A stretch of 64,000 nucleotides of DNA, from the NCBI GenBank assembly GCA_964418665.1, contig CAYQLZ010000008.1, positions 29,924-93,923 on the forward strand, in the 5' to 3' direction. Shown here piece by piece: positions 28,208 to 39,009 of the stretch; positions within the stretch are counted from its first letter, which is position 1; each line of letters starts with the position of its first letter. Position numbers and translations under genes: made by a program. Source of the stretch: an uncultured Dehalococcoidia bacterium. Lineage in GTDB: Bacteria; Chloroflexota; Dehalococcoidia; Lucifugimonadales; GCA-2712585. The notes beneath the pieces are model-generated. The model had not been told where the DNA came from. It worked only from the letters and a program-made list of their open reading frames with translations, and ran no database searches.

Positions 28208-28894
28208 GCCCCTCAACCCGCCAATCGCAGGCAATCCCACCGCCACAATCAACCAGAGAGAGAACCCGCCAAACAGCCACGCCCCCAACACGTCCGTCGG
28301 CCAGTGTGCCCCCACATAAATCCGAGAGTAGCTCACTACAACAACCGCAAATGCACAAAACGCCAGAAGTGCGAATCGAGGCTTCCAACGCCGCACGTAA
28401 GCAAGGCTCAGATACCCCAAAAAGCCGAAGAACAACATCCCGTGCAGCGTCGTCCCGCTCGGAAATCCCGGACTCGGCCTCACGGTGGTCCATTCCTGCA
28501 AAGTAAACATCGGCCGCTCCCTTCCGATCACCTCCCGCACTCCCAACGTCATCAGCTCCAGCGGCAAGATCAGCAGGCAGGCCACAGCCTCCCGGCGCCG
28601 TCCTCGCACCCACAGCGCACCGCTCAGTCCCAACACTGACGCGACGATAACCCACCTGTTCCCCACCCAGTCCACCAAATCCGATATCCCGTCCAGCAGC
28701 GGCGCGTCCGTACTCCGCACCATCTCCACCATCGCCTCCTCACCCGAGAGAATGGGTACGAAGTGCACCAGCGCCGAAAGCCCCGCCGCCGCTGCCGCAA
28801 GCCCCAGCGGAATAAGCAACCCGCCCTTTGACCTGATTCTCTGCACGTTCCAACCCAAGATCGTCTTAAGCGCCTCCGTATCCGGTTCTGGCAC
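28190..28894 (-). CDS. PAP2-family membrane phosphatase
   Basis: Multi-TM protein with GFPSGTTLHG (PSGH-like) and SRIYVGAHWPTDV (SRxxxxxHxxxD). The last codons lie inside a family B repeat. Confidence 0.8.
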   Translation of the reverse strand: MPEPDTEALKTILGWNVQRIRSKGGLLIPLGLAAAAAGLSALVHFVPILSGEEAMVEMVRSTDAPLLDGISDLVDWVGNRWVIVASVLGLSGALWVRGRRREAVACLLILPLELMTLGVREVIGRERPMFTLQEWTTVRPSPGFPSGTTLHGMLFFGFLGYLSLAYVRRWKPRFALLAFCAFAVVVVSYSRIYVGAHWPTDVLGAWLFGGFSLWLIVAVGLPAIGGLRGDSPPS

Positions 28895-28928
28895 GCCTGG
28901 CCAAATGCTATAATAACCCCCACAGCCC

Positions 28929-29618
28929 TTGCCATCTCACACTGCGAAAACCCTATTGTCCAAACCGAACCTGATAGCCATCGACGGTGCCGTGGCGTCT
29001 GGCAAAAGCGTGGTTGGGCGTAGATTGGCGAAACGGCTGGGCTTCCGCTTCCTCGACACCGGCGCAATGTACCGCGCCGTCACCTGGCTGGCAATGCAGC
29101 GCGGCGTGGACCCCGAAGATGAAACCTCCCTCGCGGAACTGGCCGCTACCGCCCATTTCACCATGTCGGCGGATGGCGATGACCTCCTCGTCGACGGCCT
29201 CACCCTCCCTCTGGAAGAGCACCGCGCCCGCATCGACCAGCTGGTCTCCCCCGTCAGCAAGCTCCCAGGCGTTCGCGACGCCCTCGTCATGAAGCAGCGC
29301 GAAATGGCGTCCGAGGGAAACATCGTCATGGCCGGGCGCGACATCGGCACCGTCGTTGCCCCCCATGCTCCGGTGAAGCTCTACCTCCGTGCCGCAACCT
29401 CCGAGCGGGCCAGGAGGCGACACCAGGAGCTTGTCGAACAGGGAAAGTCCATCGAATTCGCCCAGGTGCTCCGCGACCTGGAGGCCAGGGACAAGCTCGA
29501 CTCGGAACGCGCCCACTCCCCCCTCAGACCCGCCGCCGACGCCTGCATCATCGACAGCGATCGTCTTACCGTGGAGCAGGTGACCCGGCGGGCCCTGTCC
29601 ATCATCAAGGAGCGGTAA
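28929..29618 (+). CDS. cmk: cytidylate kinase
   Basis: IAIDGAVASGKSVVGRRLAKRLGFRFLDTGAMYRA. The start codon is uncertain (TTG). Confidence 0.9.
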   Translation: MPSHTAKTLLSKPNLIAIDGAVASGKSVVGRRLAKRLGFRFLDTGAMYRAVTWLAMQRGVDPEDETSLAELAATAHFTMSADGDDLLVDGLTLPLEEHRARIDQLVSPVSKLPGVRDALVMKQREMASEGNIVMAGRDIGTVVAPHAPVKLYLRAATSERARRRHQELVEQGKSIEFAQVLRDLEARDKLDSERAHSPLRPAADACIIDSDRLTVEQVTRRALSIIKER

Positions 29619-29622
29619 GCCG

Positions 29623-30285
29623 GTGCTCTACGAACTGGGCACTGGGGTCGCGCGAATGCAGTTCTCTCTGTTCGCTCGCTGGAAGGTCGAAGGCCGGGAG
29701 TCCATACCCCCCAGGGGCCCGCTCATTGTCGCCGTCAACCACCTCAGCAACGCCGATCCCCCCGTCGTTGTCGCCAGCGCAAACCGAAAGCTCCATTCCC
29801 TCGCCAAGGAGGGCCTGTTCAAGAGTGCCGTGGGAAACTGGTTCTTCTCCCGGTGTCATGCCCACCCGGTCAGGGAAGACGGGGTGGACCGCACCGCCCT
29901 GCGCTGGGCCCTCAGGGTGCTGGAAAGGGATGGCGCGGTCCTCATGTTCCCGGAAGGCAGAAGAAGCCTCACCAGGAAGCTCCAGCCTGCCAGGCCCGGC
30001 ATCGGGTTCCTCGCCTTCAAGTCCCAGGCCCCTGTCCTCCCCGTGGCCGTCACCGGCACGGAGCACATCCCCGGCTACTGGAGAATCGCCTTCCCCTTCT
30101 GCAGGATGACCGTGCGAATTGGCGAGCCGTTCACGCTGCCCGCCATCGAGGGCCGGCTCAGCCGCGAAATTCTCCAGCAGGGCTCGGACATGGTAATGCA
30201 GAGAATAGCCCAGCTCCTGCCCACCGAATACCGCGGCCACTATTCCACCGGGGGCGGCCCGGCAATGGACCGTCCGCAGACCTAG
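29623..30285 (+). CDS. plsC: 1-acyl-sn-glycerol-3-phosphate acyltransferase
   Basis: HX4D motif VNHLSNADP and FPEGRRS. Confidence 0.85.
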   Translation: MLYELGTGVARMQFSLFARWKVEGRESIPPRGPLIVAVNHLSNADPPVVVASANRKLHSLAKEGLFKSAVGNWFFSRCHAHPVREDGVDRTALRWALRVLERDGAVLMFPEGRRSLTRKLQPARPGIGFLAFKSQAPVLPVAVTGTEHIPGYWRIAFPFCRMTVRIGEPFTLPAIEGRLSREILQQGSDMVMQRIAQLLPTEYRGHYSTGGGPAMDRPQT

Positions 30286-30318
30286 AGGATCGGACATTTT
30301 CAGCCGAAGGGAGAATCG

Positions 30319-30717
30319 ATGAGGATATATCTGGCAGGTAACATGCACACCGATTGGCGGGAAAGAATCGCCTCCGCCATCAGCGGCTGCGAGTTCCTTT
30401 GGCCCCACAAATACCCCAAACACGGCGGATCCAGGGGCAAGGGCGCCGACGTATTCTTTCCGAGGGACGTTACCTTGCTCAAGTCGGCGGACCTGGTATT
30501 CTGCGTAATCGAGAATGAGGGAAGAAATATCGGCACCGCCGCGGAGGTCGGCATGGCCTACGCGTGGAACAAGCCCGTGGTCCTCGTGAACCTGTGCCCG
30601 GAAATTCCCAGTTTCTACTTCCTGGAGAAGGCTTCCACCACCGTTTGCTACACAATGGACGACGGTCTCGAGATTCTGCGATTCCTCACCCTGGACCGTC
30701 CCATTCCCTCCCCCTGA
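30319..30717 (+). CDS. nucleoside 2-deoxyribosyltransferase-like (YtoQ-like) protein
   Basis: 132 aa. MRIYLAGNMHTDWRE..., SADLVFCVIE and GTAAEVGMAYAWNKPVVLV resemble the NDT-like Rossmann family. Weak call. Confidence 0.4.
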   Translation: MRIYLAGNMHTDWRERIASAISGCEFLWPHKYPKHGGSRGKGADVFFPRDVTLLKSADLVFCVIENEGRNIGTAAEVGMAYAWNKPVVLVNLCPEIPSFYFLEKASTTVCYTMDDGLEILRFLTLDRPIPSP

Positions 30718-30826
30718 GCCACCGTCCCCGTCACAGTCTTACACCTTGAGCCATGGTATACAATTGACTGCACATAACGTAAGGTAGCTCCCATCCCATT
30801 TGTGAAGGCAGGCTTGATCCAATCCC

Positions 30827-32605
30827 ATGACCGTCGTTGATGACATAAAGGCCAAGCTGGACGTTGTAGACCTCATCTCCGGCTATCTCTCCCTCCAGAA
30901 GTCCGGCGCCAGCTTCAAGGGCCTCTGCCCCTTCCACTCGGAGAAGACCCCCTCCTTCTTCGTCTTCCCCAACCGCCAGAGTTGGCGCTGCTTCGGGGCC
31001 TGCGCCACCGGCGGCGACGTCTTCTCCTTCTACATGCAGCGTGAGAACGTGGACTTCCGGCAGGCCCTCCAGGACTTGGCTCGAATGACCGGCACTGAGC
31101 TTCCGTCGAAACAGCGGCGCAAGAGCGAAGACCCCCTCTTCAAGCTCACGGAGGCCGCCGCCAAATTCTTCACCCGCAATCTGGCATCCTCCGGGGGCGC
31201 CGAAGCCCGCGCCTACATCGAAGACCGCGGTATCACCCCCGAAACCGCAGCCAAATTCCAGCTCGGCCTCAGCCCCAACGACGGCTCGGCCATGCGCCGC
31301 CACCTCCTCTCCCTCGGCTACACCGACAGCCAGCTCTCCCTCGCCGGGCTGGTTTCCCAGCCCCAGGATGGCGCCGGCCAGGACCTCTTCCGCCGCCGCC
31401 TCATCTTCCCCATCTGGGACGCCGAAGGCCGCATGGTTGGCTTCGGTGGCCGTGCCCTCGACGATTCAATGCCGAAGTATCTCAACTCCCGGCAGGGTCC
31501 CATCTTCGACAAGAGCAAGATACTCTTCGCCTTCCATCTCGCCAGAAACGCCGTCAGAAACGGCGGCTCGGCGGTGGTCGTCGAAGGTTACATGGACGCC
31601 ATCATGGCCCACCAGAACGGCTTCGACAACGTCGTCGCTTCCATGGGCACCGCCCTCACAAGCTACCAGACGGACCTGCTGCGCTCCGCCTCCGAAGTGG
31701 TCATGGCCCTCGACCCAGACGCCGCCGGGCAGGAGGCCACCCTCCGCAGCATGGAGACCTCCTGGAAGGTGATGCAGAAGCAGGAGGTGTCCCGCTCCCA
31801 GCGCGCCTCCGTGTACCGTCGTCCCGGCGGCCCCACCCTTAAGATCGCCCCCCTGCCCGCTGGCAAGGACCCCGACGACATCATCCGCGAGGATAAGGCC
31901 GAATGGGAGCGCCTCATTCAGAATCCCCTCCCCGTCTTCGAATTCCTCCTGCAGGCCTACTCGCGTCGTTTCGACATCGAAACCCCCCAGGGAAAGTCCG
32001 ACATGGCCGGCGCCGTCTCCCATCTCGTCTATGCGGCGGACGACCCCTTCGAGCAGGACAGGCACGTTCGAGTCCTAGCCGAGGTCCTGGGCGTACCCGA
32101 ATCGACCCTCAGAATCAGAATAGACCGTCCCCGTCCTCAGCGGCCCCAACGACGGGCCCCCCGTCGCGATGTGGCCCCCGCCACCCCATTCAAGCAGCTT
32201 GAGCGCGACCCCCTTGAAGAGCACTGCCTCGCGCTGCTGCTGCAAAACCCCGAAATGGCGGATTCTATCAACGGACTCCGCTCGGAAATGTTCCAGAGAC
32301 CGGAGAACCGCGAACTGTTTACAAACTGGCTGCGAGGCATCACAATAGAGCTATTGGACGAGGGTATTCGCAGCCATCTAGACTATCTCGCCGCCAAGCC
32401 GCTCCCGCCCGCCGACCCTAAGGAAAAAGAGGCGGACCTGTCTCAGTGTATTCAGCGCCTGCAGGAACGGCGGCTTCGTCAATTGAAGATAGAAGAGGGC
32501 CTGCGTCTATCCGATGTCGACCATGAAGAATTCAGCCAGTTTGAGGACGAGATACTGAAAGTTAACAGCGATATGGATGCTCTCTTTAGAGCCAGGAGCG
32601 TGTGA
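30827..32605 (+). CDS. dnaG: DNA primase
   Basis: Zinc finger [14 protein letters not shown]...CFGC and Toprim VVVEGYMD. Followed by rpoD. Confidence 0.93.
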   Translation: MTVVDDIKAKLDVVDLISGYLSLQKSGASFKGLCPFHSEKTPSFFVFPNRQSWRCFGACATGGDVFSFYMQRENVDFRQALQDLARMTGTELPSKQRRKSEDPLFKLTEAAAKFFTRNLASSGGAEARAYIEDRGITPETAAKFQLGLSPNDGSAMRRHLLSLGYTDSQLSLAGLVSQPQDGAGQDLFRRRLIFPIWDAEGRMVGFGGRALDDSMPKYLNSRQGPIFDKSKILFAFHLARNAVRNGGSAVVVEGYMDAIMAHQNGFDNVVASMGTALTSYQTDLLRSASEVVMALDPDAAGQEATLRSMETSWKVMQKQEVSRSQRASVYRRPGGPTLKIAPLPAGKDPDDIIREDKAEWERLIQNPLPVFEFLLQAYSRRFDIETPQGKSDMAGAVSHLVYAADDPFEQDRHVRVLAEVLGVPESTLRIRIDRPRPQRPQRRAPRRDVAPATPFKQLERDPLEEHCLALLLQNPEMADSINGLRSEMFQRPENRELFTNWLRGITIELLDEGIRSHLDYLAAKPLPPADPKEKEADLSQCIQRLQERRLRQLKIEEGLRLSDVDHEEFSQFEDEILKVNSDMDALFRARSV

Positions 32606-32609
32606 ATAT

Positions 32610-34172
32610 ATGGTAAGCACCAGAAAAACCCGGGGAACCCGCAAGGCAGACGAAGAATATCTGGAGTCCGTCGCCAATGGCTCGGAAGTTAGTGAAGCTG
32701 CCAGCCTGCTAGGCGTCGACAGCGCCGCCGCCAAAGCCCTGGAGGTTATCCCCACCGCCATAACAACCGCCAACGTGGACTCAGGCGACGACTCCCTCGA
32801 AGGCGGCGCAGGCCCCCTCAAGGTGGTCGTGCCCCCTTACGCCGTACAGATTCAGGCCGAAGACCCCGATTGGGAGCCGGACCTGGAGGGCGCCGAGGTC
32901 CTGGACGACCCCGTCCGGATGTACCTCCGTGAAATCGGCCGGGTCCAGCTGCTCACCTCCGAGGACGAGCGCGTCCTCGCCCGCAGTATGGAAGGCGGCA
33001 AGCACCTGGACGAGCTCGAAGAGGAGCTCAGCGAAGGCTCCGGCCGTCCCGTCCCATCCTGGGAGATGAGCATCGCCCTGTTGAAGAGACTGGTCGAAGC
33101 GGAACCCTTGGTGAACTCCCTCGGTCGTCGACTCGGCATCTGCCACGAGCTGACCCTGTTTGCAATCATCACCAACCGCGAAGTCCGCGACGCCATCGAC
33201 GTACTGCTGGACCCCGAACTCATGGAAAGGGTTGCCGGTGACTTGGACTGGGAAATGGCGGACGTGGAGAAGGCCATCATCCGGCTTTCCCTGGATAGCT
33301 GGGTCCTCCCCCCGGAAAGCGCCAACGTTCTCGGCGACTGCAGGCTGAGCGTGCTTCGGACCAAGCTGGAGGACGAGGCCAGCGCCGTCCGGCTCAAGCG
33401 TGTGGACACCCGCCTCCGTTACCATATCATCCGCATCCGGGCGGAAGCCTTCCGGTCCCAGCAGCACCTCACCGAGGCAAACCTGCGGCTGGTCGTCAGC
33501 GTGGCCAAGAAATACATCGGTCGCGGCATGTCCCTCCTGGACCTCATCCAGGAAGGCAACATCGGCCTCATACGCGCCGTGGAGAAGTTCGACTATCGCA
33601 AGGGCTACAAGTTCAGCACCTATGCCACCTGGTGGATCCGACAGGCCATAACCAGGGCCATCGCCGACCAGGCCAGGACCATCCGCATCCCCGTCCACAT
33701 GGTCGAGACCATCAATAAGCTCATGCGTCACAACCGGCGCCTGCTCCAGAACTTCGGAAGGGAACCCAGCCCGGAGGAGATTGGCCGCGAGATGGACCTG
33801 ACCCCGGAGCGCGTCGAGGAGATCATCAAAATCTCCCAGGAACCCGTCTCCCTCCAGACCCCCATCGGCGAGGAGGAGGACAGCCACCTCGGCGACTTCA
33901 TCGAGGACCAGAGCGCCCCCGCACCCTCCGACGCCGCCTCCTTCCAGCTGTTGAAGGAGCAGATCAACGACGTTCTGCACACCCTCACAGACCGGGAGCG
34001 ACGCGTGCTTCAGCTGCGCTTCGGACTCGAAGACGGACGCAGCCGCACCCTCGAAGAGGTTGGCCGAGAATTCGGCGTCACCCGCGAGCGCATCCGCCAG
34101 ATCGAAGCCAAGGCCCTCCGCAAGCTTCGTCACCCCACCCGCTCACGGCGCCTCAAGGACTTCCTGGAATAA
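32610..34172 (+). CDS. rpoD: RNA polymerase sigma factor RpoD (sigma-70 family, primary-like)
   Basis: ATG at 32610. Region 2 is [32 protein letters not shown] and region 4.2 is [28 protein letters not shown]. Confidence 0.93.
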   Translation: MVSTRKTRGTRKADEEYLESVANGSEVSEAASLLGVDSAAAKALEVIPTAITTANVDSGDDSLEGGAGPLKVVVPPYAVQIQAEDPDWEPDLEGAEVLDDPVRMYLREIGRVQLLTSEDERVLARSMEGGKHLDELEEELSEGSGRPVPSWEMSIALLKRLVEAEPLVNSLGRRLGICHELTLFAIITNREVRDAIDVLLDPELMERVAGDLDWEMADVEKAIIRLSLDSWVLPPESANVLGDCRLSVLRTKLEDEASAVRLKRVDTRLRYHIIRIRAEAFRSQQHLTEANLRLVVSVAKKYIGRGMSLLDLIQEGNIGLIRAVEKFDYRKGYKFSTYATWWIRQAITRAIADQARTIRIPVHMVETINKLMRHNRRLLQNFGREPSPEEIGREMDLTPERVEEIIKISQEPVSLQTPIGEEEDSHLGDFIEDQSAPAPSDAASFQLLKEQINDVLHTLTDRERRVLQLRFGLEDGRSRTLEEVGREFGVTRERIRQIEAKALRKLRHPTRSRRLKDFLE

Positions 34173-34191
34173 CCCCCCTCCTTCCCCTCCC

Positions 34192-34625
34192 CTCTTCCCC
34201 CTCGACGGGGGAAGATTGAGCCTGTCCTTAGCCTGTCGAAGGGATGGGGGTGATTGGGGTGGTGCGAGGAAGGGAGCCTGTAGTTACGCAAAGGTCCCCA
34301 TCCTGGGACAGGATTGAGCCTGCCCTGAGCTTGTCGAAGGGGTGAGGATCATCTGGGTGGCTATGAGTCTGAGGGGTGCGTTATGCAAGGGATTCCACCC
34401 CCAGAGAGGCCTCCCGATCTTACCCTCTCCCGTCCTGGGAGGGGGTTGGGTGAGGGTATCCTCCTCCCTCTGACGGACACCCTTGCATAACCGGCATTCC
34501 GGCGGAAGCCGGAATCCAGTCCCCTATTCCCTCCTCTCCCGTCCTGGGAGAGGATTGAGGTGAGGGTGGCTCCCCCTGCTCCCCTCTACGGGAAAGAGTG
34601 AGCCTGTCCTGAGTCTTTCGAGAAG
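34192..34625. repeat. largest mosaic cluster of hairpin repeats (families B, G, B', G', C, E, C, B')
   Basis: CTTCCCCCtcgacGGGGGAAGattgagcctgtccttagcctgtcgaagggatgggggtgat (34192-34262). gtagttacgcaaaggtcccc. gattgagcctgccctgagcttgtcgaagggg. TACCCTCtcccgtcctgggagggggttgggtGAGGGTA (34421-34462). ATTCCGGCggaaGCCGGAAT (34496-34515). ctctcccgtcctgggagaggattgaggtgagggt (34528-34570). gagtgagcctgtcctgagtctttcgag. Confidence 0.85.
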
Positions 34626-34675
34626 AAGGGGCGAATTCCCACGCCAACCTCCCCTTGGGCGTCCCTTGTGTGCCC

Positions 34676-36754
34676 CTAGCCCCCGCCCACCGTCACCGTG
34701 TAGCTGGCCGGCTGCCGGCTGTGTTCGGCAAGGCTGCCCACCACCAGCGCCACCTCTTCCGCGCCCGAAATGTCAGCCACCGACACGCTGGCTCGGTAAT
34801 CGTCGTCAAGCGTAACCGGAGTGACCCTCACGTCCTCGCCCCGGATCTCAATCAGGTGTAGGACAAACCTCTGCGGCACCCGGCTGTCCGTCCGGTAGAA
34901 CCCCTCCGGTGTCCATCCCCGGTCGACCGACGCATCATCGTAGAAGCCCAACTCCGGCACCGCCACCGAGTCCACGCAGATCCCCTGTCCCGTGATCGCA
35001 TCGTCCGTCACATAGTGGAACCGCACAAGCACCGAACGTCCCGTGTACGCCGAAAGGTCCACCGAATCCGAAACCCAGCCTCCGCTTTCGCCGGTGTATC
35101 CCGGCCCGTAGGCGTTCAGCGAAGGGTTGTCCGTGGACGCCAGCGCTCCCTGCAGCACGTCCCACGTGGACCCGCCGTCGGTGGAGACCTGTACGTAGGC
35201 GTAGTCCCAGTCCTCCTCGATGGAATACCACGCCGTGAAGCTCAGGGTGGCCTGCTCCAGGCCGGAGAGGTCGAATTCCCTGGTAAGAGTCGTGCTGATG
35301 ATGTCCCCGTAGTTGCCCCACCAGCAATGCCCGCCCGTGGGCGGCGCGGTGGGCACAAGTCCCACGCTCCCCTCAGCGGCGAAACTCACCTCGACGGTCT
35401 CCGAATCCATCTCCAGCGCCAGGTATCGGGCGGAAAACTGGGGCTGGCTGAAACTGTAAGTCCCCTCGTCGCCCAATACGTCCGTTGCATCCACGGAGGG
35501 CCACCATCTTTCGTAGCCCAGCGGCCCCCCATGGCTTCTCTCCGACAGATATGCCGCTACTGTCCAACGCCCAAACACAGTCTCGAAAGTCTCCCCCTCC
35601 CCCAAAGTATCCAGGTACGCATTCACCGCCTGTATTCCCCTGTGGTCGGCTCGCAGCAGGGGTTCCAGGCTTTTGGGAGAACCTACCTGTTCGACCAGAA
35701 ATTGGCTGAACATGAATCCGCTCCCATAGTAGGGTCGTGAATCCCGGAAGCTCAAAGGCCAGTACACAAGGGACGTGGGCGCCGAGTGCACGAACGCCTC
35801 AACCGTGGGTGGGCGCCATCCCAAACGGTTCTCAGCCACCTGCGACAGTCCCTCGTTGAGCCAGGTGCTCTGCCCTCCATTCAGGTTCCAGTTCACCGCA
35901 TGCTGCAGCTCGTGGGCCAGCACGGATAGGTATCCCTCCGTGCCAATCCGCAGGGCCGAAGGATTGATGTATATCATCTTCCGCTGGTTGCTGTTCTCGT
36001 GTACCTGCACCGGATACTCGTCGGCGGAACTGTAATAGCCCCCCAGCCCCCGCGTCGGCGCATGAAGGATGGTCAACCGCTGCCCCGCCGGGTCCCCAGC
36101 CCCCCAGAGCGGCCCAAACGCCGACTTAAGCCCGGGCAGAATGTGCCCTTCGAAGGCGTCCGCCGAATCCCTCAGTGCATCGTCGCTGAACCTGAATCCG
36201 TCCTGCACGTACCAGTAGGCGTTTGCGGAAACGTGCTCCAGCGTCGCCTCAATCTCGCGAAACTCCACGGGCTCTATGTTGGAAAGTACCTTGAAGGTAT
36301 CCACCTGCCCCACCTTCAAATCCGACGGCGCCGCGCTCCCCAGACGGGGAATAGGCTCCTGTGACTTCAATCGCAGGGATCGGGCCAGTTCGTACAGGTC
36401 CCGCCGCGGCGCCACCGGTATTCCTTCAACCTTGCCGGCTGTTTCGTTTGACGATGCAGCCGCTGTGGCAGCCGGCGTGGGAGATGTTACGGCGACCTTG
36501 GTGGCAGAGGAGGCTCCTGGCGAGGGCGATGGCTCTGCCGTAGCCGTAAACCCCGCGGACATTGCCTCGGCTTGCGTGGGACTTCCGGTGGACTCGATGG
36601 CCGTGGCTGTGGCCCCCTCGGTAGTCACGGCAGTCGCGGCGGGCAGGGAAGGATTCGACTGCGTTGGCGATTCGTCATCGGTGCACGCGCTCGCCAGAAA
36701 CAGGCCCGCCGCCAAAGCTAAAAGGCCCACAACCGCAAGGGGGCTAAACATCAA
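34676..36754 (-). CDS. secreted/lipoprotein zinc metalloprotease, immune-inhibitor-A (M6)-like
   Basis: Lipobox LFLASAC and zinc motif LAHELQHAVNW...NEGLS. The C-terminal domain (WDYAYVQVSTDGGSTWDVL) resembles InhA-type proteases. The family call comes from memory of motifs. Confidence 0.6.
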   Translation of the reverse strand: MMFSPLAVVGLLALAAGLFLASACTDDESPTQSNPSLPAATAVTTEGATATAIESTGSPTQAEAMSAGFTATAEPSPSPGASSATKVAVTSPTPAATAAASSNETAGKVEGIPVAPRRDLYELARSLRLKSQEPIPRLGSAAPSDLKVGQVDTFKVLSNIEPVEFREIEATLEHVSANAYWYVQDGFRFSDDALRDSADAFEGHILPGLKSAFGPLWGAGDPAGQRLTILHAPTRGLGGYYSSADEYPVQVHENSNQRKMIYINPSALRIGTEGYLSVLAHELQHAVNWNLNGGQSTWLNEGLSQVAENRLGWRPPTVEAFVHSAPTSLVYWPLSFRDSRPYYGSGFMFSQFLVEQVGSPKSLEPLLRADHRGIQAVNAYLDTLGEGETFETVFGRWTVAAYLSERSHGGPLGYERWWPSVDATDVLGDEGTYSFSQPQFSARYLALEMDSETVEVSFAAEGSVGLVPTAPPTGGHCWWGNYGDIISTTLTREFDLSGLEQATLSFTAWYSIEEDWDYAYVQVSTDGGSTWDVLQGALASTDNPSLNAYGPGYTGESGGWVSDSVDLSAYTGRSVLVRFHYVTDDAITGQGICVDSVAVPELGFYDDASVDRGWTPEGFYRTDSRVPQRFVLHLIEIRGEDVRVTPVTLDDDYRASVSVADISGAEEVALVVGSLAEHSRQPASYTVTVGGG

Positions 36755-37005
36755 GCGTATGGTAGCGATGGTGTACCTTCCTGTTCTCCGTCATCCAGCC
36801 TGGCTGGAAGTCGGTGCAATCTGCCGACCTGGTAGTCAACAAGCCTCTTGGAAGTAATACGCTGCCAAAGACACTCCAGATTGACTGAGACCGTTGTTGC
36901 TTGCGATTGTGCCAAAATGCCCCTTGTAACTTCTGTGGGAAACGCTAAACTAGTGTGTACGCAGTGTGCCCCGCCGCACTCGAGAAACGCAGAAACGAAC
37001 GAGGG

Positions 37006-37230
37006 ATGATGAGTAAGGAAGAAAAGGAAAAACAGTCCACTGGAATGACTCGCCGCGGCTTTCTGGGCCGGATGTCGTTGGGCATAGCCGCCGCCGCCGC
37101 GTTGACTCTTCCCGTTCGCAATCTACTATCCCCGGATTCATCCCAAAACGATCCCTCCGAAGGATTGCCCGAAGACTCCATCTACCGTCCCCGCGACAAC
37201 TCGCGCGACGGCGGTTCCATGAACGCCTAG
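37006..37230 (+). CDS. small protein with a twin-arginine (Tat) signal peptide
   Basis: MMSKEEKEKQSTGMTRRGFLGRMSLGIAAAAALTL, followed by a ~35-aa Pro/Asp/Ser-rich tail. Confidence 0.5.
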   Translation: MMSKEEKEKQSTGMTRRGFLGRMSLGIAAAAALTLPVRNLLSPDSSQNDPSEGLPEDSIYRPRDNSRDGGSMNA

Positions 37231-37253
37231 ATTTATTCGATTCCCAAATCGAA

Positions 37254-38951
37254 TCAGCTGCGGCCAAACTGTCGCTCCAGGTTCTGTGAACTCAGATGTA
37301 GCATCGTCGGACGCCCGTGCGGGCACGAATGCGGGTTCTCCACCTTCTCCAGCAGCCTGATTATCTCCCGCATCTCCTCCAGGTCCAGGCTCATCCCCGC
37401 TCGCACCGAGCTGTGGCAGGCGATGGACGCCGCCAGGGCCTCCCGGGTCCCCCCCAGGGAAGCCCCGTCCCTCTTTATCATCTCCAGCACCTCCAACAAG
37501 GCCTCCGCCGGGTCGCCGCGCCTACAGACCGCCGGCACCGCCCTCAGCACGTAGGAATCTTCCCCGAAGGTGTCCAGGTCAAAGCCGTAGGCCCTCATCG
37601 CCTCGGCATCGTCTCTCACCAACTCCTGGTGTTCCGGCGAAAGCTCGATTGGGACAGGCTCCAGCAAGGCCTGTACCGACGGGCTTCCCTGCTTCATCTC
37701 GGCAACGATTTTCTCGTACAGCACCCGCTCGTGGGCCGCGTGCTGGTCCAACAGGAATATCCCGTTCGGCCCTTCCGCCACAATGTACGTATTCGACGCT
37801 TGCCCCAGCACCCGCAGCGCAGGAGATTGCACCTCCTGCGTCTTCACGCCTGCCGGAGGCGGCGTAGCCGATGGCCGCGACGCTAGCGGCGAAGCCACGA
37901 ATGAAGGCTGGTATGCTTGCACGCTGTCCGCAGGCGCTATGTGAATCTGTGGCACCGGCGCCGACGCCACAAGCACTGCTCGGACCGCTCTCTGCAACGA
38001 GGCGAAGACCTGCGCCTCCTTTCGAAACCGCACCTCCGCCTTCGTCGGATGCACATTTACGTCCACGTCCTCGTAGGGCAAGCTGATGTTGACTGCGGAC
38101 ACCGGATGCCGCCCCTGGGGCAGCAACCCGTGATAGGACTCCTCCAGAGCCACGTTCAGCATCCGGCTCATCACCCAACGTCTGTTGATGAAGAATGTGA
38201 TGTGACGCCGGTTGGAGCGGTGCAGCGAAGGTGGCCCCACGAAGCCCTTCACGGCGATCTCACCCGTAGGGTCCTCCCAGTCCACCGAAAGCGCCTCCTT
38301 GGCCACCTCCGGGCCGTAGACTGCGGCGAGAGCGTCTTCAGGGCGTCCGCTGCCCGAGAAGTTGACCGCCTCCCGCCCCTCTATCGTCAGGCGGAATGCC
38401 ACTCCCGGGAAGGCAAGTATCAGCCGGTAGACCAGCGCCCGAATCCGACCGGCCTCGGCGGCGGTGGACCTCAGAAACTTCCGGCGGGCCGGCACGTTCT
38501 CGAACAACCCGGTCACTGTGATCATGGTCCCGGGCGCACACCCCACCGGCCCCTGCCGCTCCGTGCGTCCCCACTTCAAATCCACCTCCCATCCCGTGGG
38601 CGAAGACTCCTGTCGACTGACGAGCTTCACCTCCGCCACCGAAGCGATGCTGGGCAGGGCTTCGCCCCTGAAACCCAGCGTTCCGATATTGTCCAGCCCC
38701 GAAACGTCCGCCAGCTTGCTTGTCGCGTGCCTCTGGAATGCCAGCGGAATCTCCTCCGGCTCCATGCCGGATCCGTTGTCCACCACGCGGATGAGTTCAA
38801 CTCCACCGCCCTTCACGTCCACACTCACCCGCGTTGCCCCCGCGTCCAGGGAGTTCTCGATCAGCTCCTTCACCACGGATACAGGCCGCTCCACCACCTC
38901 CCCTGCGGCGATCTTGGCAGCCAGCTGCTCTGAAAGTAGCCTTATTGCCAT
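37254..38951 (-). CDS. mutL: DNA mismatch repair protein MutL
   Basis: GHKL ATPase motifs VVKELIENSLDAGA and DNGSGM. 565 aa. Confidence 0.93.
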   Translation of the reverse strand: MAIRLLSEQLAAKIAAGEVVERPVSVVKELIENSLDAGATRVSVDVKGGGVELIRVVDNGSGMEPEEIPLAFQRHATSKLADVSGLDNIGTLGFRGEALPSIASVAEVKLVSRQESSPTGWEVDLKWGRTERQGPVGCAPGTMITVTGLFENVPARRKFLRSTAAEAGRIRALVYRLILAFPGVAFRLTIEGREAVNFSGSGRPEDALAAVYGPEVAKEALSVDWEDPTGEIAVKGFVGPPSLHRSNRRHITFFINRRWVMSRMLNVALEESYHGLLPQGRHPVSAVNISLPYEDVDVNVHPTKAEVRFRKEAQVFASLQRAVRAVLVASAPVPQIHIAPADSVQAYQPSFVASPLASRPSATPPPAGVKTQEVQSPALRVLGQASNTYIVAEGPNGIFLLDQHAAHERVLYEKIVAEMKQGSPSVQALLEPVPIELSPEHQELVRDDAEAMRAYGFDLDTFGEDSYVLRAVPAVCRRGDPAEALLEVLEMIKRDGASLGGTREALAASIACHSSVRAGMSLDLEEMREIIRLLEKVENPHSCPHGRPTMLHLSSQNLERQFGRS

Positions 38952-39009
38952 AACGGCGGTATTTTCTCATCCCCGCGGTTGGGCCACTCCTTCATTGCCA
39001 GAGGCCCAT

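Noticed and set aside
34173-34675. Possible CRISPR array, here and in the other repeat clusters.
   Set aside because: The repeats are heterogeneous palindromic modules of several families in varying order and orientation. They lack equal-length unique spacers, and no cas genes are present.
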